Shown: piece by piece, positions 11,436-24,204 of the stretch
How positions within the stretch are numbered: the stretch's first letter is position 1
Layout: every line of letters begins with the position of its first letter
Source: Heterodontus francisci
Lineage: Eukaryota
DNA length: 64,000 bases
Direction: 5' to 3'
Assembly: GCF_036365525.1 (NCBI RefSeq)
Contig: NC_090399.1
Location: 22,082,529 to 22,146,528 of the forward strand
Notes under the pieces: generated by a model
Databases searched by the model: none
What the model saw: only the letters and a program-made list of their open reading frames with translations
Told to the model about the DNA's origin: nothing
Program-made: the position numbers and the translations under genes

Positions 11436-12772
11436 GTACTGTATGTTGGTAATTGTATTCCTACAAAACAGTACTTCTGACATGCGTTAATCTGGAATTT
11501 AGTGTTACTAGGCAAAGAACTTGCGTGAGTTCTAATCTTACTTTGTCAAACTGTGAATTTAAATTCAATAAGTTGCCAATTCGAGAGCTGGCATCAGAAA
11601 ATGTACAGTTTATTGTAACAACCCAACTAGTTCACTAAGGTTGGGAATTTCCTCAGAGCTGCTCCCATTGACTGTCATAACTTCATCATACTTCCAAATA
11701 AGTTGGAATTAGCTATAATGAATAATGTCCGTCCATTCATCCTTTTGTCTTCTGACACTAGCAATCCTTGCCAAACGTGTGCATTTGACCGGTCCATCTG
11801 CATCAACCCTCTTTGGCTCATTTTCTGCCCTTCTGAACAGCTAAGCTCACAGCTCTGCACATTCTGCCAGTCTGGCTGTGCTTCTTGCTGGCCCTTCATC
11901 AAATATGGTCAGCAGCTTCTTGTAATCCTTCTACAATTCATATTCAAACTCATTTCTCTGCAGGGTGCACACAAGCTGAGCAGCCGGGGTCTCCAGGACA
12001 TTGCACCTGCTAAATGTGGCACTGCCATGGTATCCCCATGTCTTCAGACCCTCATGATCTCCAGAGTTTGCAAACTCCGTTCATAACCACTATTTTAGGG
12101 TCAAGAGGTTTCCCCTGAATTCCTATTGGATTTATTCGTGATTATCTTATATTTACAATCCCTAGTTTTAGTCTCCTGCACAAGTGGAAACATCTTTGCT
12201 GCCCTGTCAAAGATTTGCAGGCTTTCTCAGTTTTGGTATAATTCTTGTGAATCTCATTAGTATCTTCACCAATGCTTCTATCGTTTTTATAATATGGAGA
12301 GATGAACAGTACTTTGTGTGGTCTAACTGATGTTTGATACATAACTTTACAGCTTTTCAATACTATTCCTCCAGAAATGGAGCACAGTGCACTTTATTTA
12401 ATGGCCTTATTAACCTGCATCACAACTTTGTGTGTCTGTAACCCCAATCATTTTGCTCCACTACCCCATTTATTTCCCAAGCAGTATGTGGTCTCCTTAT
12501 TCTTCCTACCAAAATGAAGTGGCTTGCTATGTACTCTTCCCCCTGTTTTCTGAATCAACATGCTCTGACCTTAATCATCTACCTGATAGAATATTTGAAT
12601 TTTTGAAAGACCTTTTATCTACAGCATTACCTTTGATGTGTCATGCAAGCCACCACAAATGTATTCTTGTGGTCTTGCTTTGAGAGACACAGTGGAGAAT
12701 TAAATAGCACTGGCATTGATTCTCTATTCTATGAATGTGTGTAATTTTAGTCTCATTTTGTTCTTTTCATAG

Positions 12773-12889
12773 GAGCTGCTGAAATCATGGTGTACTTGGT
12801 GTTTTTGTGTCCCCTGCTAACATTACCCATATTATCGACTTGCACAATAAAATTCTGTGACAACAAAAGGTTAAATAATACGACCAAAT
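12773..12889 (+). CDS. Ig-5TM receptor exon 6: TM3
   Basis: Acceptor ttgttcttttcatag|, donor T|GTAAG, phase 1-1. Encodes GAAEIMVYLVFLCPLLTLPILSTCTIKFCDNKRLNNTTK. Confidence 0.82.
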
Positions 12890-13957
12890 GTAAGTTCAGA
12901 TCCGGGTTACATTTTTATATCACACTATCAAGACACTCATGATCAATGTTGTGGGGAAGGGGCTGTAAGTGGGGTGGTGAAATTAGGAGTCTGAGGGGGG
13001 TGCGCTGGGAGGGAGGGAGGGAGTTGAGAGGGTGGCAAGGCAATGTGTTTGATATAATAGTTCAAATTTGAACCTGCTGCGTTTCCAGTAAATCTTAGGG
13101 AGTGGGCAGAGAAAAATGCAGTAGGGCCCAGCAGTAAGGATAGGCATGCTGCCCCTACGGTTTCTTTAGGGGCTACTTTTATTTCTCTTAAAAGCTCAGC
13201 GGAGGTTGCAGGTCACATACTCACCTTGCATTTTGCATATTTTACAGAAGGATCCTAAAAGAGGTGCTGGATCCGTTCTTTGTCTTGAGTTGATCAAATG
13301 TTGATTGCAGGACCAGAGAGGACCAATACAATGGTGGCCGTGCCACCAGAAGCACATTGGGTGCAGGGCAAGATGCCCAGAAATTAGTTTCTCGTGCGCC
13401 CAAGTTCTACCCCAATTTTTCCGAATAACTTCTGCTAAATGTGGCCCATACCATGTGCTAGAATGTCCAATCAGTCTCACTGTTGCAAATGGATCTGATA
13501 CTCCTGCTTTGAGTCATTAGTCAGATCAGCCTGTGGTTATCTGGAGAATTAGACTGCTGCTGCTCAAATTTCATTGCTAGGCAGACATCACTACTGCCCG
13601 TCCTCAATATACCAATGAAGTCCCATAACCCCCTCCCCCATATGTTCCTGCTGCTGGGACTATTGGATCACCTGAGCACAGCAAATACAGGTGAATTCAG
13701 GCAGAGAGGAGCACACATTCATAAGCAAGGCCACTTTACTTTCTATTTGATTGTAATTGGATAGAATATCTGGCAGACTGTTAGGGGGAATGTACTGCTG
13801 CCAGCCTGATTTTCCTATATATGCACACTCGGGTGATCCACAAATCTTTTCTTGACCTGTTGCATTCCCCAAAGGCACAGCAGGAGGTAGATAGGTCAGG
13901 ATTTGTGTGTGTTTGTGACCTGTGTGCACTTTTTGATTCTGTTTTATTTGTTGCCAG

Positions 13958-14056
13958 TTTGCCATCCAAAGCTAATGGCTGCAGCATCTGCATTGGGTGA
14001 AATCATTGTGATATATGTGTCGGGCGTCCTGATTGTGGAAATAAAGAAGCAAGCTG
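13958..14056 (+). CDS. Ig-5TM receptor exon 7: TM4
   Basis: Acceptor ttatttgttgccag|, donor G|GTGAG, phase 1-1. Encodes FCHPKLMAAASALGEIIVIYVSGVLIVEIKKQA. Confidence 0.8.
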
Positions 14057-14496
14057 GTGAGTGTTCAATGATAAAATTGTAGCTAATAAATCAATTCTGA
14101 AAGTTACATCCTTTCAGGAATAGTGTGATTAGGAGAGCTAATTACACAGTCATTTGTGTTCCAACGTTTTCGTTGGGAACGTTCAAATTATTGAAGTTTA
14201 CAGTGTAGGAGGAGGCCATTTGGCCCATTGTGTCTGTGCCACCTCTTTTGCTAGACTGATCCAAATCTAATGCCTCTGCTCTCCTCTCATAACCCTGTGT
14301 CGCCTTTTGCCTCAAATATTTATCCAATTTTCTCTTGGATAAAGTGAATGGTTCCCATTTTGAACACTCCCTGTGGCAAAGCATTCTATAGTTCAAAAAC
14401 CCCATATGAAGAAAACTCTCCTAAACTGTCTTTTTACGCAAGTGGCAGCTTTAAAGTGATGACACAAGATTACACAGAATATGCACTACAGAAATA

Positions 14497-17001
14497 AGCT
14501 GTTTGACCAAACCAGTCTATGCCAGCATTTAAGGTCCACTCGAACCTCCTCCCCATCCTCCAGGGTTGTAATCTCGGGATTACTCCCTGTGCCACGTGCC
14601 AGTGAGGCTTGAAATAGGAAGATAATGCAGCTAAACACGTGGCTGAGCAGCTGGTGTAGAAGGGAAGGTTTCAGATATCTGGACCATTGGGCTCTCTTCA
14701 GGGACAGATCGGACCTGTACAAGAAGGACGGGTTACATCTAAACTGGAAGGACACTAATATCCTGGCTGCGAGGTTTGCTAGCGTCACTCGGGAGGGTTT
14801 AAACTAGTGTGGCGGGGGGTGGGAACCAGAGCAGTAGGACAGCTAGTGAAATAAATGAGGAGGACATAGTAAATAAGGCCAGTAGACTAAGAGAAACAGC
14901 AGGCAGGGAGATGTTGCTGAGCACAGCGGGACTGGTGGTCTGAAGTGCATTTGTTTCAATGCGAGAAGTATAACAAGGAAGGCAGATGAACTTGGAGCTT
15001 GGATTAGTACTTGGAAATATGATGTTGTTGCTATTACAGAGACTTGGTTGAGGGAAGGGCAGGATTGGCAGCTAAATGCTTCAGGCGGGATAGAGGGGGA
15101 TGTAAAAGGGGTGGGGGAGTTGCATTACTGGTTAAGGAGAATATCACAGCTGTAATGCGGGAGGACACCTCAGAGGGGTCATGCAGCGAGGCAATATGGG
15201 TGGAGCTCAGGAATAGGAAGGGTGCAGTCATGATGTTGGGGGTTTACTACAGGCCTCCCAAAAGCCAGCGGGAGGTAGAGGAGCAGATATGTAGACAGAT
15301 TTTGGAAAGATGTAAAGGTAACAGGGTTGTGGTGGTGGGTGATTTTAACTTCCCGTTTATTGACTGGGACTCACTTAGTGCTAGGGGCTTGGATGGGGCA
15401 GAATTTGTGAGGAGCATCCAGGAGGGCTTCTTGAAACAGAATGTAGATAGTCCAACAAGGGATGGGGCCATTCTGGACCTGGTATTGGGGAATGAGCCCG
15501 GCCAGGTGGTCTAAGTTTCAGTGGGGGAGCATTTCGGGAGCAGTGACCATAATTCCATAAGTTTTAAGGTACTTGTGGATAAGGATAAGAGTAGTCCTCG
15601 GGTGAAGGTGCTAAATTGGGGGAAGGCTAATTATAACAATATTAGGCAGGAACTGCAGAATTTAGATTGGGGGTGGCTGTTTGAGGGTAAATCAACATCT
15701 GACATGTGGGAGTCTTTCAAACGTCAGCTGATTAGAATCCAGGACCAGCATGTTCCTGTGAGGAAGAAAGACAAGTTTGGCAAGTTTCGGGAAGCTTGGA
15801 TAACACGAGATATTGTGAGCCGAGTCAAAAAGAAAAAGGAAGCATTTGTAAGGGCTGGAAGGCTAGGAACAGATGAAGCACTTGAATATAAAGACAGTAG
15901 GAAGGAACTTAAGCAAGGAGTCAGGAGGGCTAAAAGGGGTCATGAAAAGTCATTGGCAAACAGGATTAAAGAAAACCCCAAGGCTTTTTATACGTATATA
16001 AAGAGCAAGAGGGTAACCAGGGAAAGGGTTGGCCCACTCAAGGACGAGATGGGAATCTATGTGTGGAGCCAGAGGAAATGGGCGAGGTGCTAAATGAGTA
16101 CTTTGCATCAGTATTCACCAAAGAGAAGGACTTGGTGGATGATGAGCCTAGGGAAGGGAGTGCAGATAGTCTCAGTCATCTCATTATCAAAAAGGAGGAG
16201 GTGTTGGGTGTCTTGCAAAGCATTAAGGTAGATAAGTCCCCAGGGCCTGATGGGATCTACGCTAGAATACTGAGGGAGGCAAGGGACGAAATTGCTGGGG
16301 CCTTGACAGAAATCTTTGCATGCTCATTGGCTACAGGTGAGGTCCCAGAGGACTGGAGAATAGCCAATGGAACTTTAGTTAGGCCACACTTAGAATATTG
16401 TGTGCAATTCTGGTTGCCACACTACCAGAAGGACGTGGAGGCTTTGGAGAGGGTACAGAGGAGGTTTACCAGGATGTTGCCTGGTCTGGAGGGCATTAGC
16501 TATGAGGAGAGGTTGGAAAAACTCGAATTGTTTTCACTAACGATGGAGGTGGAGGGGCGACATGATAGAGGTTTACAAAGTTATGAGCGGCATGGACAGA
16601 GTGGATAATTAGAAGCTTTTTCCCAGGGTGGAAGAGTCAGTTACTAGGGGACATAGGTTTAAGGTGCGAGGGGCAAAGTTTAGAGGGGATGTGCGAGGCA
16701 AGAGTTTTTTTACACAGAGGGTGGTGGGTGCCTGGAACATGCTGCCAGAGGAGGTGGTGGAAGCAGATACGATAGTGACGTTTAAGAGACATCTTGACAA
16801 ATTTATGAATAGGAAGGGAATAGAGGGATATGGGCACTGCAAGTGCAGAAGGTGTTAGTTTAGGCAGGCATCAAGATCGGCGCAGGCTTGGAGTGCCGAA
16901 TGGCCTGTTCCTGTGCTGTACTGTTCTTTGTTCATCTAACGAGCTGTTTGACCAAACAAGTCTATGTTAGCATTTAAGCTCCACTCGAACCTCCTCCCCA
17001 T
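14497..17001 (+). repeat. 60-bp direct repeat (14497-14556 and 16942-17001) bracketing a CR1
   Basis: agctgtttgaccaaac(c/a)agtctatg(cc/tt)agcatttaag(g/c)tccactcgaacctcctccccat; 56 of 60 positions identical by eye. Confidence 0.9.
14562..16933 (+). mobile_element. CR1 LINE: ORF1 esterase end plus ORF2 endonuclease, RT core internally deleted
   Basis: ORF1 reads WCRREGFRYLDHW..DGLHLN. APE motifs GVYYRPP, VVVGDFNFP and SDHN. ORF 16063-16608 jumps from DWRIAN straight to [13 protein letters not shown] at about 16369. CR1 tail present. Confidence 0.92.
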
Positions 17002-17832
17002 TCTTCCTCATCTAACTCTTGCTGGCATAACCCTCTATTCCGGTCTCCTCCTTCTGCTTAACTAGCTTCCTCCTATCCTATTTGCCTCATCTACTGCATG
17101 TGGTGGTGAGTTCTACATTCTTTCCACTCTTTGGGCAAAGGAGGTTTTTTTTTCTGAATTCTTTATTTGATTTCATGGTGACTAGCTTATACTGATGGCC
17201 TCTAGTTTACCCTTTACCACAAGTGGAAACTATTTCTTTGTCTACTCTATCAAAACTTGTCAAAAATTAAGACCTTTATTTAGTCACTCATCAGCATTTT
17301 CTTTTCAAGACAAAAGCTATCAGTGTTACTGACTTGCCAAATGCAAAGCAGAGGGGATCTGGGACTTGAGGTTCCTGTTCCGCCGTTTCAGACCATTTTG
17401 ATCATCTGGGTTCAGCGAATACTGGAAAATTGAGAGCGGCAAGACTGTAGAGTATGGAAGCCTCAATTTTAGAGCTGGTCTCTACCACAGGAAGAGAGGG
17501 AAGAGATGAAGCTTTGTTGACTCTGGGCCACCCTTGATGGTCAGTTCAGTTGGTGGACGCCTGGGATCAAGTTGGCACTTCACCCTTTTGGGTCGTGGCT
17601 GATGCATGGTGGGGAGGACATTGAGGAGGGAAGATATTCAAATGTAGCTCACTGTTTCAACCAAAAAAGGAAAGAATTTGTTCTAAAACACTTGGAGCTT
17701 GTGCATATTTGTTTTCCTAGGCTAGGATCAAATCTAGGTTTTAAGTAAATTTATTCCCATCAAAATGAACCCACTTTCTATCTTGGCACCAGATTAATAG
17801 TGCATGTTTTGGTGCTATGAGTTTGGACAACA

Positions 17833-19810
17833 GAGTCATAGTCACTTATGGCATAGAAGGAGGCCATTCAGCCCATCAAGTCCATGCCGGCTCTCTGCAA
17901 AGCATTCCAATTAATCCCACCTCCCCACTCGATCCCCAAAGCCTTACACGTTTATTTCCATCAAGTGGCCATCCAATTTCCTTCATCTTTGCTTCAAGCA
18001 CCCTTGCGGGCAGTGAGTTCCAAGTCGTAACCATTTGCTGCATAAAAACAATTCTTCCTCACATTCCCCTGGATCTCTTACCCAAACCTTTCAATTTATT
18101 CTCCCTCGTCCTTGTACCATCAGTTAATGGAAACCAGATTTCCTTGTGTAACTTAACAAAACCTGTCATAATCTTGTACACCTCTATCCAATCTCCCCAC
18201 AATCTCCTTTGCTCCAGGGAGAACAACCCCAGCTTTTACAACTTGTGCTAAATTTGTAACTAAAATTCCCCATTCCCAGAACCATTCTGGTAAATCTCCT
18301 CTGCACCCTTTCGAGGACCCTCACATCTTTACGAAAGTGTGATGACCAGAATTGGGTGGCGCAGTGGTTAGCACTGCAGCCTCACAGCTCCAGCGACCTG
18401 GTTCGGTTCTGGGTACTGCCTGTGTGGAGTTTGCAAGTTCTCCCTGTGACTCTGTGGGTTTCCACCGGGTTTCGTCCCACAGCCAAAGACTTGCAGGTTG
18501 ATAGGTAAATTGGCCATTGTAAATTGCCCCTAGTGTAGCTAAGTGGTAGGAGAATAGTGGGAATATGGGATTAATGTAGGATTAGTATAAATGGGTGGTT
18601 GTTGGTCGGCACAGACTGGGTGGGCCAAAGGGCCTGTTTCAGTGCTGTATGACTCTAGAACTGGGCATAACTACTTTACATGGGGCCTAACCAGAGCTTT
18701 ACAAAAGTTCAACATAACTTCCCTGCTTTTGTACTCTATGCCTCTATTTATGAAGCCCAAGATCCCATATGCTTTACTAACCATTCTCTCAATACGTCCT
18801 GCTGCCTTCAAAGACCGATGCATGTACACCCCCAGATCCCTCTGTTCCTGCACACTCTAGATTTGAGCCATTTAGTCTATATTGCCTCACCCGATTTCCT
18901 TTTGCCGAAGTGCATCACCTCACACTTGTCTTGATTGATTTCAGTCTGCTAGCCTATATGTCCTGTTGCAGGTGTTTGTATTATCCTCACTGTTTGCAAC
19001 TCCTCAAAGTTTGGTAGCATCTAATTTTGAAGTTCTACTCTGTATTCTAAGATCCATGTCATTTATGTATAGCAAAAAAAAGCAGTGGTCCAAGCACTAA
19101 CCCTTGGGGAATACCGCTGTCTACCATCCTCCAGTCTGAAAACAAGCATTTATTACAACTTGCTGTTTACTGTCCGACAGCCAATTTTTTAATCCAATTG
19201 GACATTGACTCTCCTATTCCATGAGCCTCAGTTTTGTTAACCAGACTTTTATGTGGTACTTTATGTTGAATGCTTTCTTATAATCCGTAGAGACAACATC
19301 CATTGCATTCCCTTCATCAAGAAATCCAGTTAGATTTCAAACATAACCTGCCTTTTACAAATCCATGTTTAACTAATGCAAACCTCTAAGTGCCTGTTGT
19401 TTTCCTGATTATTGTTTTTGAGAACCTTACCCACTACTGATAAACTAACTGGCCTGTCATTGCCAGGACTGTCCTTACACCCCTTCTTGAATAATGTTGT
19501 CACATTTGCCACTCTCTCTCATCCTCTGGCACCTCCTCCCTATCTAAGGAAGATTATGGCAAGCCCTTCCATTAACTCCACCCCCACTTCCTTTAGCAAA
19601 CTGGGATATAAGCCATCTAGATGAAGTGACCCTAAGCAGAGCCAGCCTTTCCGGTACCTCCCCCTCAATTTTTACCCTATCCATTGCCTGTATTGTCTCC
19701 ATTTCTATCATTTTGTCTGATTCCTCTTCCCTAGTAAATACTGATGCACAGTACTCATTAAATATTCTAGTCTTGCCCTGTGCCTCAAAACATATATTAC
19801 CCTCTTAGTC
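17833..19810 (-). mobile_element. CR1 LINE fragment, decayed, interrupted by an HE1 SINE
   Basis: Minus ORF reads QEQRDLGVYMHRSLK..KAYGILGFINRGIEYKSREVML; CR1 tail at the left end. Confidence 0.8.
18353..18657 (+). mobile_element. HE1-type V-SINE
   Basis: tRNA-like head gtggcgcagtggttagcactgcagcctcacagctccag, V-domain ggagtttgcaagttctccctgtg, and CR1-like tail gggcctgtttcagtgctgtat. Confidence 0.9.
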
Positions 19811-20104
19811 TTTGTATTCTGTTCATGCATAGGATAATAATTATAAACTTTCCTGTAAATTCCTACAATAATGTAGCTTGAGCATCTTAGCTTTTCTGAT
19901 CACTGGTGTCTGGTTTGTAAGAGTTCCAGGAAATGTTGCTGATGTCAGTTTTGCAAGGACAGCATGTATTGTTCCATTGCTGAGTTGAAGTTTTTAGATA
20001 ACAAAATTTGAATTGCCATTGAATAAATGCTTGGTGAGTTCATACACTAGCCACGATAGAGACAGTCTAACTCTGGCATTTTCATTCCCTGATGAGCATC
20101 TCCA

Positions 20105-20370
20105 TACAACACTTGTAATTATATAGTGCCTTTCATGTAATGAAACGTCCCAAGGCACTTCACAGGGGCAGTACAAGACAAAATATGACAAGTCATATAA
20201 GCTATATTACACAGATGACCCAAAGCTTGGTGGAAGTGGTAGGTTTTAAGGAGCACCTTTTAAAGGAGGAAAGAGAGGTCGAGAGACAAAGATTTAGGGA
20301 GGAAATTCCAGAGTTTGGATCCCAGGCAGCTGAAAGCACGGCCGCCAATGGTGGAGCAATTAAAATTTGG
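20105..20370 (-). mobile_element. L2-type LINE 3' end
   Basis: ttatatagtgcctttcatgtaatgaaacgtcccaaggcacttcacagg is an L2 tail in reverse complement. Confidence 0.7.
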
Positions 20371-21066
20371 ATGCTTTTTTCTTTTGAAGTGTGATGGACA
20401 TGAAATGTCTACTGAGGTTTCAGCTTCGCTGCTCCTCACCACCCTGGAAACAAACCTTGGGAATTTCTGTACCAAATGTCCATAGTTTTCAATGATTGGA
20501 AATCTGGGACAGGAAATACACAATTTTATGATGCATGCTCCCAGCTGTGCCCGGAGCCCAAAGTGCTAAAGCCCAATGTCCTGGCCAGTCACCTTTTATA
20601 ATAAAGGAGATGCACATCATGCCAAATGTACTGGAGGTGATATAAGCTGTAAAGGTTGGAAGCCAAGGATTTCTAGTGATGGTGATATGACCAAGAGGCC
20701 CTGAATAAGGGTACAGTTAATTTTTCTAATGACCTGTGTCTTGTATACAAGTCAAAGAATATACATTGCATCATATTTATTGTACTCATTTTGAATATAT
20801 TATCATGAGTCGTTCAACTAATGTGCTGATATGCAGTTGGCACTCGCTGCCTGCAAGGGTGGTGGAAGCAATGATGACGAATAATTTCAAAAGGAAATTG
20901 GATGGGCAGTTGAAGGAAATAGACTTACTGGGCTACGGGGATACAGTGAGGGAATGGGACTGATTGGGCGGCTCTACAGAGAGCTGGCATGGATTCAGTA
21001 GGCTGAATGGCCGTCTTCTGTGCTGTAATGACCAACACTATGACTTTTTGCTGATATCGATTGCAG

Positions 21067-21159
21067 ATAAAGGATGTGAACCAACAGTCAATCTACAATC
21101 AAGTATAATTCCTGCTGTGGTGGTTCCGCCATTCGTTTTCTTTGCAGTTTTCATCGTAT
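21067..21159 (+). CDS. Ig-5TM receptor exon 8: outer loop Cys plus TM5
   Basis: Acceptor tcgattgcag|, donor T|GTAAG, phase 1-1. Encodes DKGCEPTVNLQSSIIPAVVVPPFVFFAVFIV. Confidence 0.82.
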
Positions 21160-22009
21160 GTAAGTATTGATGATGCAGTTCCAGGTTGTTTCAAAACCGT
21201 TGTAATGGATACAAAGTGCTGTGGGAAGGAGCTGTGACTGACTGAGATTTTCCACTTCACTCACTCCTGGTGACCACTGGGAGTGTAGATTGGGAAATTC
21301 TGTACCTCCAGCCCATGACTATGCAATCACTAATTTTTACTGGGTAAGATCAATTACAACCTGGAAGTGTGGAATTTTCTGATATTGTTTGGTTTGTCCC
21401 AGGAATGCTGAAGTGGGAAATCCTGGCCAAAATTCTTCATTCTTGCATTTATTGTCGGGATTTTTGTTAAATGTGTGAAAGGACTCCATTTTCAGGACTG
21501 GCAGTTTGACACATTGGAGCTCTGATTATACTTTGGGTATTTGTCAGCTGGGGGAGTGTTAGTTTAAGGTCTGCACTAGATATTCTCTTTGGTCCAGTGT
21601 CACCAGGCTCCTTTTGTAAATAGAGGAGTTTACCTTTACTGCACAATACTGTATATAGTTTCATAGTGTGACCTGTGAGTCATAACAATAAAATCCATTC
21701 ATATGTGAACTGAATGCTTAATTTCACATATGCCACCACAAACTTCTGAAAGACCAAATGATGAACAGACTCATGCAATGAAGCCAATTATAAACTAATG
21801 GGATGGTTTATATTGCAAAAGATATGTGGCCTAGAGAATTTTAACCTATTTCATAATGCTCCTCATAACAGAAAATAATTCAAGCTCCCTGTTACCAGGG
21901 TAAATACACTTTTCTAAGAGTTGCTTCAAAACTCTTCAGATGTTCTCCTTGCTTCTTTTGTATTTATCTAGGAAAACCTTGGCAATAGAACTACGCCTGG
22001 CAGTTTTTT

Positions 22010-22700
22010 TTTTTTTTGTCTGCTCTTTCTTGGGTTGTGAGCGTCACTGGCAAGGCCAGCGTTTATAGTCCATCCCCAGTTGCCCTTGAGAAGGTGGTGG
22101 TGACAGCTGAAGTCTGTGTGGTGAAGGGGCAAACAGAATGCTGATAGGTAGGGGGTAAGAAACATAGGAGCAGGAGTAGACCATTCAACCCGTCAAGCCT
22201 GCTCCCCACCGTTCAGTTAGATCATGGCTGATCATCTACCTCAGCGCCACTTTCCTGCGCTATCCCCATATCCCCTGATGTCATTAAAGGCTTGCTTAAG
22301 AGGCCTGGGGGAGTACTCTTATACCAGGAGTTTACCACGACAACTATGAATGAAATGTGACTTCTTCCATCACTTGTGTCTTGAGAGTAGTCTGATAGGA
22401 TGGTAATTGGACAGGTTAGATTGTCCTTTTTTGTTTGTGGACAGGACATACCTGGGAAAGACTCCACGCTATTGGGTAGATGCCAGTATTGGAATAGCTT
22501 AGCTAGAGACATAGCTAGTTCTGGAACATGGGTCTTCAGCACTGTAGCTAGGATGTTGCCGAAGCCCCATAGCCTTTGTCGTGCTCAGTGCACTCACGTG
22601 GAGAGAACTGAATTGGCTGAAAACTGCCATCTGTGATGCCGGGACCTCGGGAAGAGGCAGTGAAGGGACATCTTCTCGACATTTCTGGCTGAAGATGTCT
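22010..22700 (-). mobile_element. Fragments of the LINE family seen at 41250-42715, with an inserted CR1 tail (about 22160-22290)
   Basis: gtcactggcaaggccagcgtttat..catccccagttgcccttgagaaggtggtggtg is the reverse complement of that LINE's tail; ORF reads LKTHVPELAMSLAKLFQY. Confidence 0.65.
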
Positions 22701-23081
22701 CCTAAACTTGCAATTTCTAAATTGGTTCCAACCTGATCCATGTCATTGGCATCCCAAGCCTGAAGGTACTACATGTCAGGGGGATTTAGTATGATTGCAT
22801 AGACTCTGGTAGATGAGGTTTCAGCTGCTTTGACTATGGTTTGAATCTCTTATTTTTAAAGTGTTGGATATGTTTATTTCTAAAATCACTTCAAGTCCGC
22901 TAATACACTGATGGTATTCTGGCATTTTATTAATAGGTACATAGAGTACAAGAAAAAATATTAAATTAGTACAGGACAATGGTTAGGCCACATTGAGAGC
23001 ACTGTATATAGTTTTAGGTGCACTATTGTAGAAAGGACATTAAAGCTATAGAAAGCAGGCAATCTAGATTTTTTTTTTAAA

Positions 23082-23391
23082 ATTTATTTTATTTAGAAAT
23101 ACAGCACTGAAACAGGCCCTTCGGCCCACCGAGTCTGTGCCGACCAACAACCACCCATTTATATTAACCCTACAGTAATCCCATAACCTACCTACACTAA
23201 AGTTAATTGGACATTGTAAATTGCCCCATCAACCTGCAAGTCTTTGGCTGTGGGAGGAAACCGGAGCACCCGGAGGGAACCCACGCGGTCACAGAGAACT
23301 TGCAAATTCTGCACAGGCAGTACCCAGAATCGAACCCGGATCCCTGGAGCTGTGAGGCTGCGGTGCTAACCACTGCGCCACTGTGCTGCCC
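23082..23391 (-). mobile_element. HE1-type V-SINE
   Basis: Reverse complement of the SINE at 18353 and 26937, with head and tail present. Confidence 0.9.
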
Positions 23392-24204
23392 AAAAAGATG
23401 GCAGGAATTAAAAACCACAATTAAAAGGAAAGATTTGGAATATTGGAGTTATTTTGTGTTGGAATAACAAAGTCTAAAAGGACATTTTAAAAGGTTTTTA
23501 AAATGGGTTTTGATAGTGAATAGGGAATGTTGGGAATCGGTGAGATGAAAGATGTCTTTACTGAGGGTTCAAGCATGGAATGCTTTGCAACAAGGAATGG
23601 CTGAGGCAGGGACCATTGCATCTTTTAAAGGCAGAATAGAGGAATATTCGAATCAGAGGGAAATGCAGGGCAGTGGTATTAATTTTGAATTGCTGCAAAC
23701 ACCAGCCTTCTCCTGTGCTGTGAACGAATGGTCCTCCTAAAGAATTTTCAACCATCATTACTTGGATAAGAGGAACCGGTGTCAGTGGTAATGTCAGTTA
23801 CCTCATACCCTACATGGGTACCAGTGATGTAGACCACTAATATTACTTGGTCATTGAGGAGAAAGAAATGGGAGAAGCTATAACTGGAAGAGGGATCTAA
23901 ATGGTTATTCATCGATTATGTATATTAAATTTGGGTTAACTCCATTTAGCAACATTCTAAAATTATTTGGAATGAAGGTGATGTGGTAAATTATACTCCC
24001 TATGGTAAGTATTGCACTTTTCTTTGCCATCATCTCTTGAGCCACTATAATACTCACTATTATAGAGTAATCATCGAGTAACTTGTTTTGTTATCAGGAT
24101 GTGGGTGTTGGCATGGTTATATTTATTGTCCATTCCGAGTTGCTCTGAGAAGGTAATGGGCCTCTTTCTTAACCCTCTGCCATCTTTGTGGTGATGTTAA
24201 GCAA

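Noticed and set aside
23950-24010. Candidate extra exon with a strong donor ATG|GTAAGT between exons 8 and 9
   Set aside because: The phase-1 reading from the nearest acceptor hits TAA after three codons.
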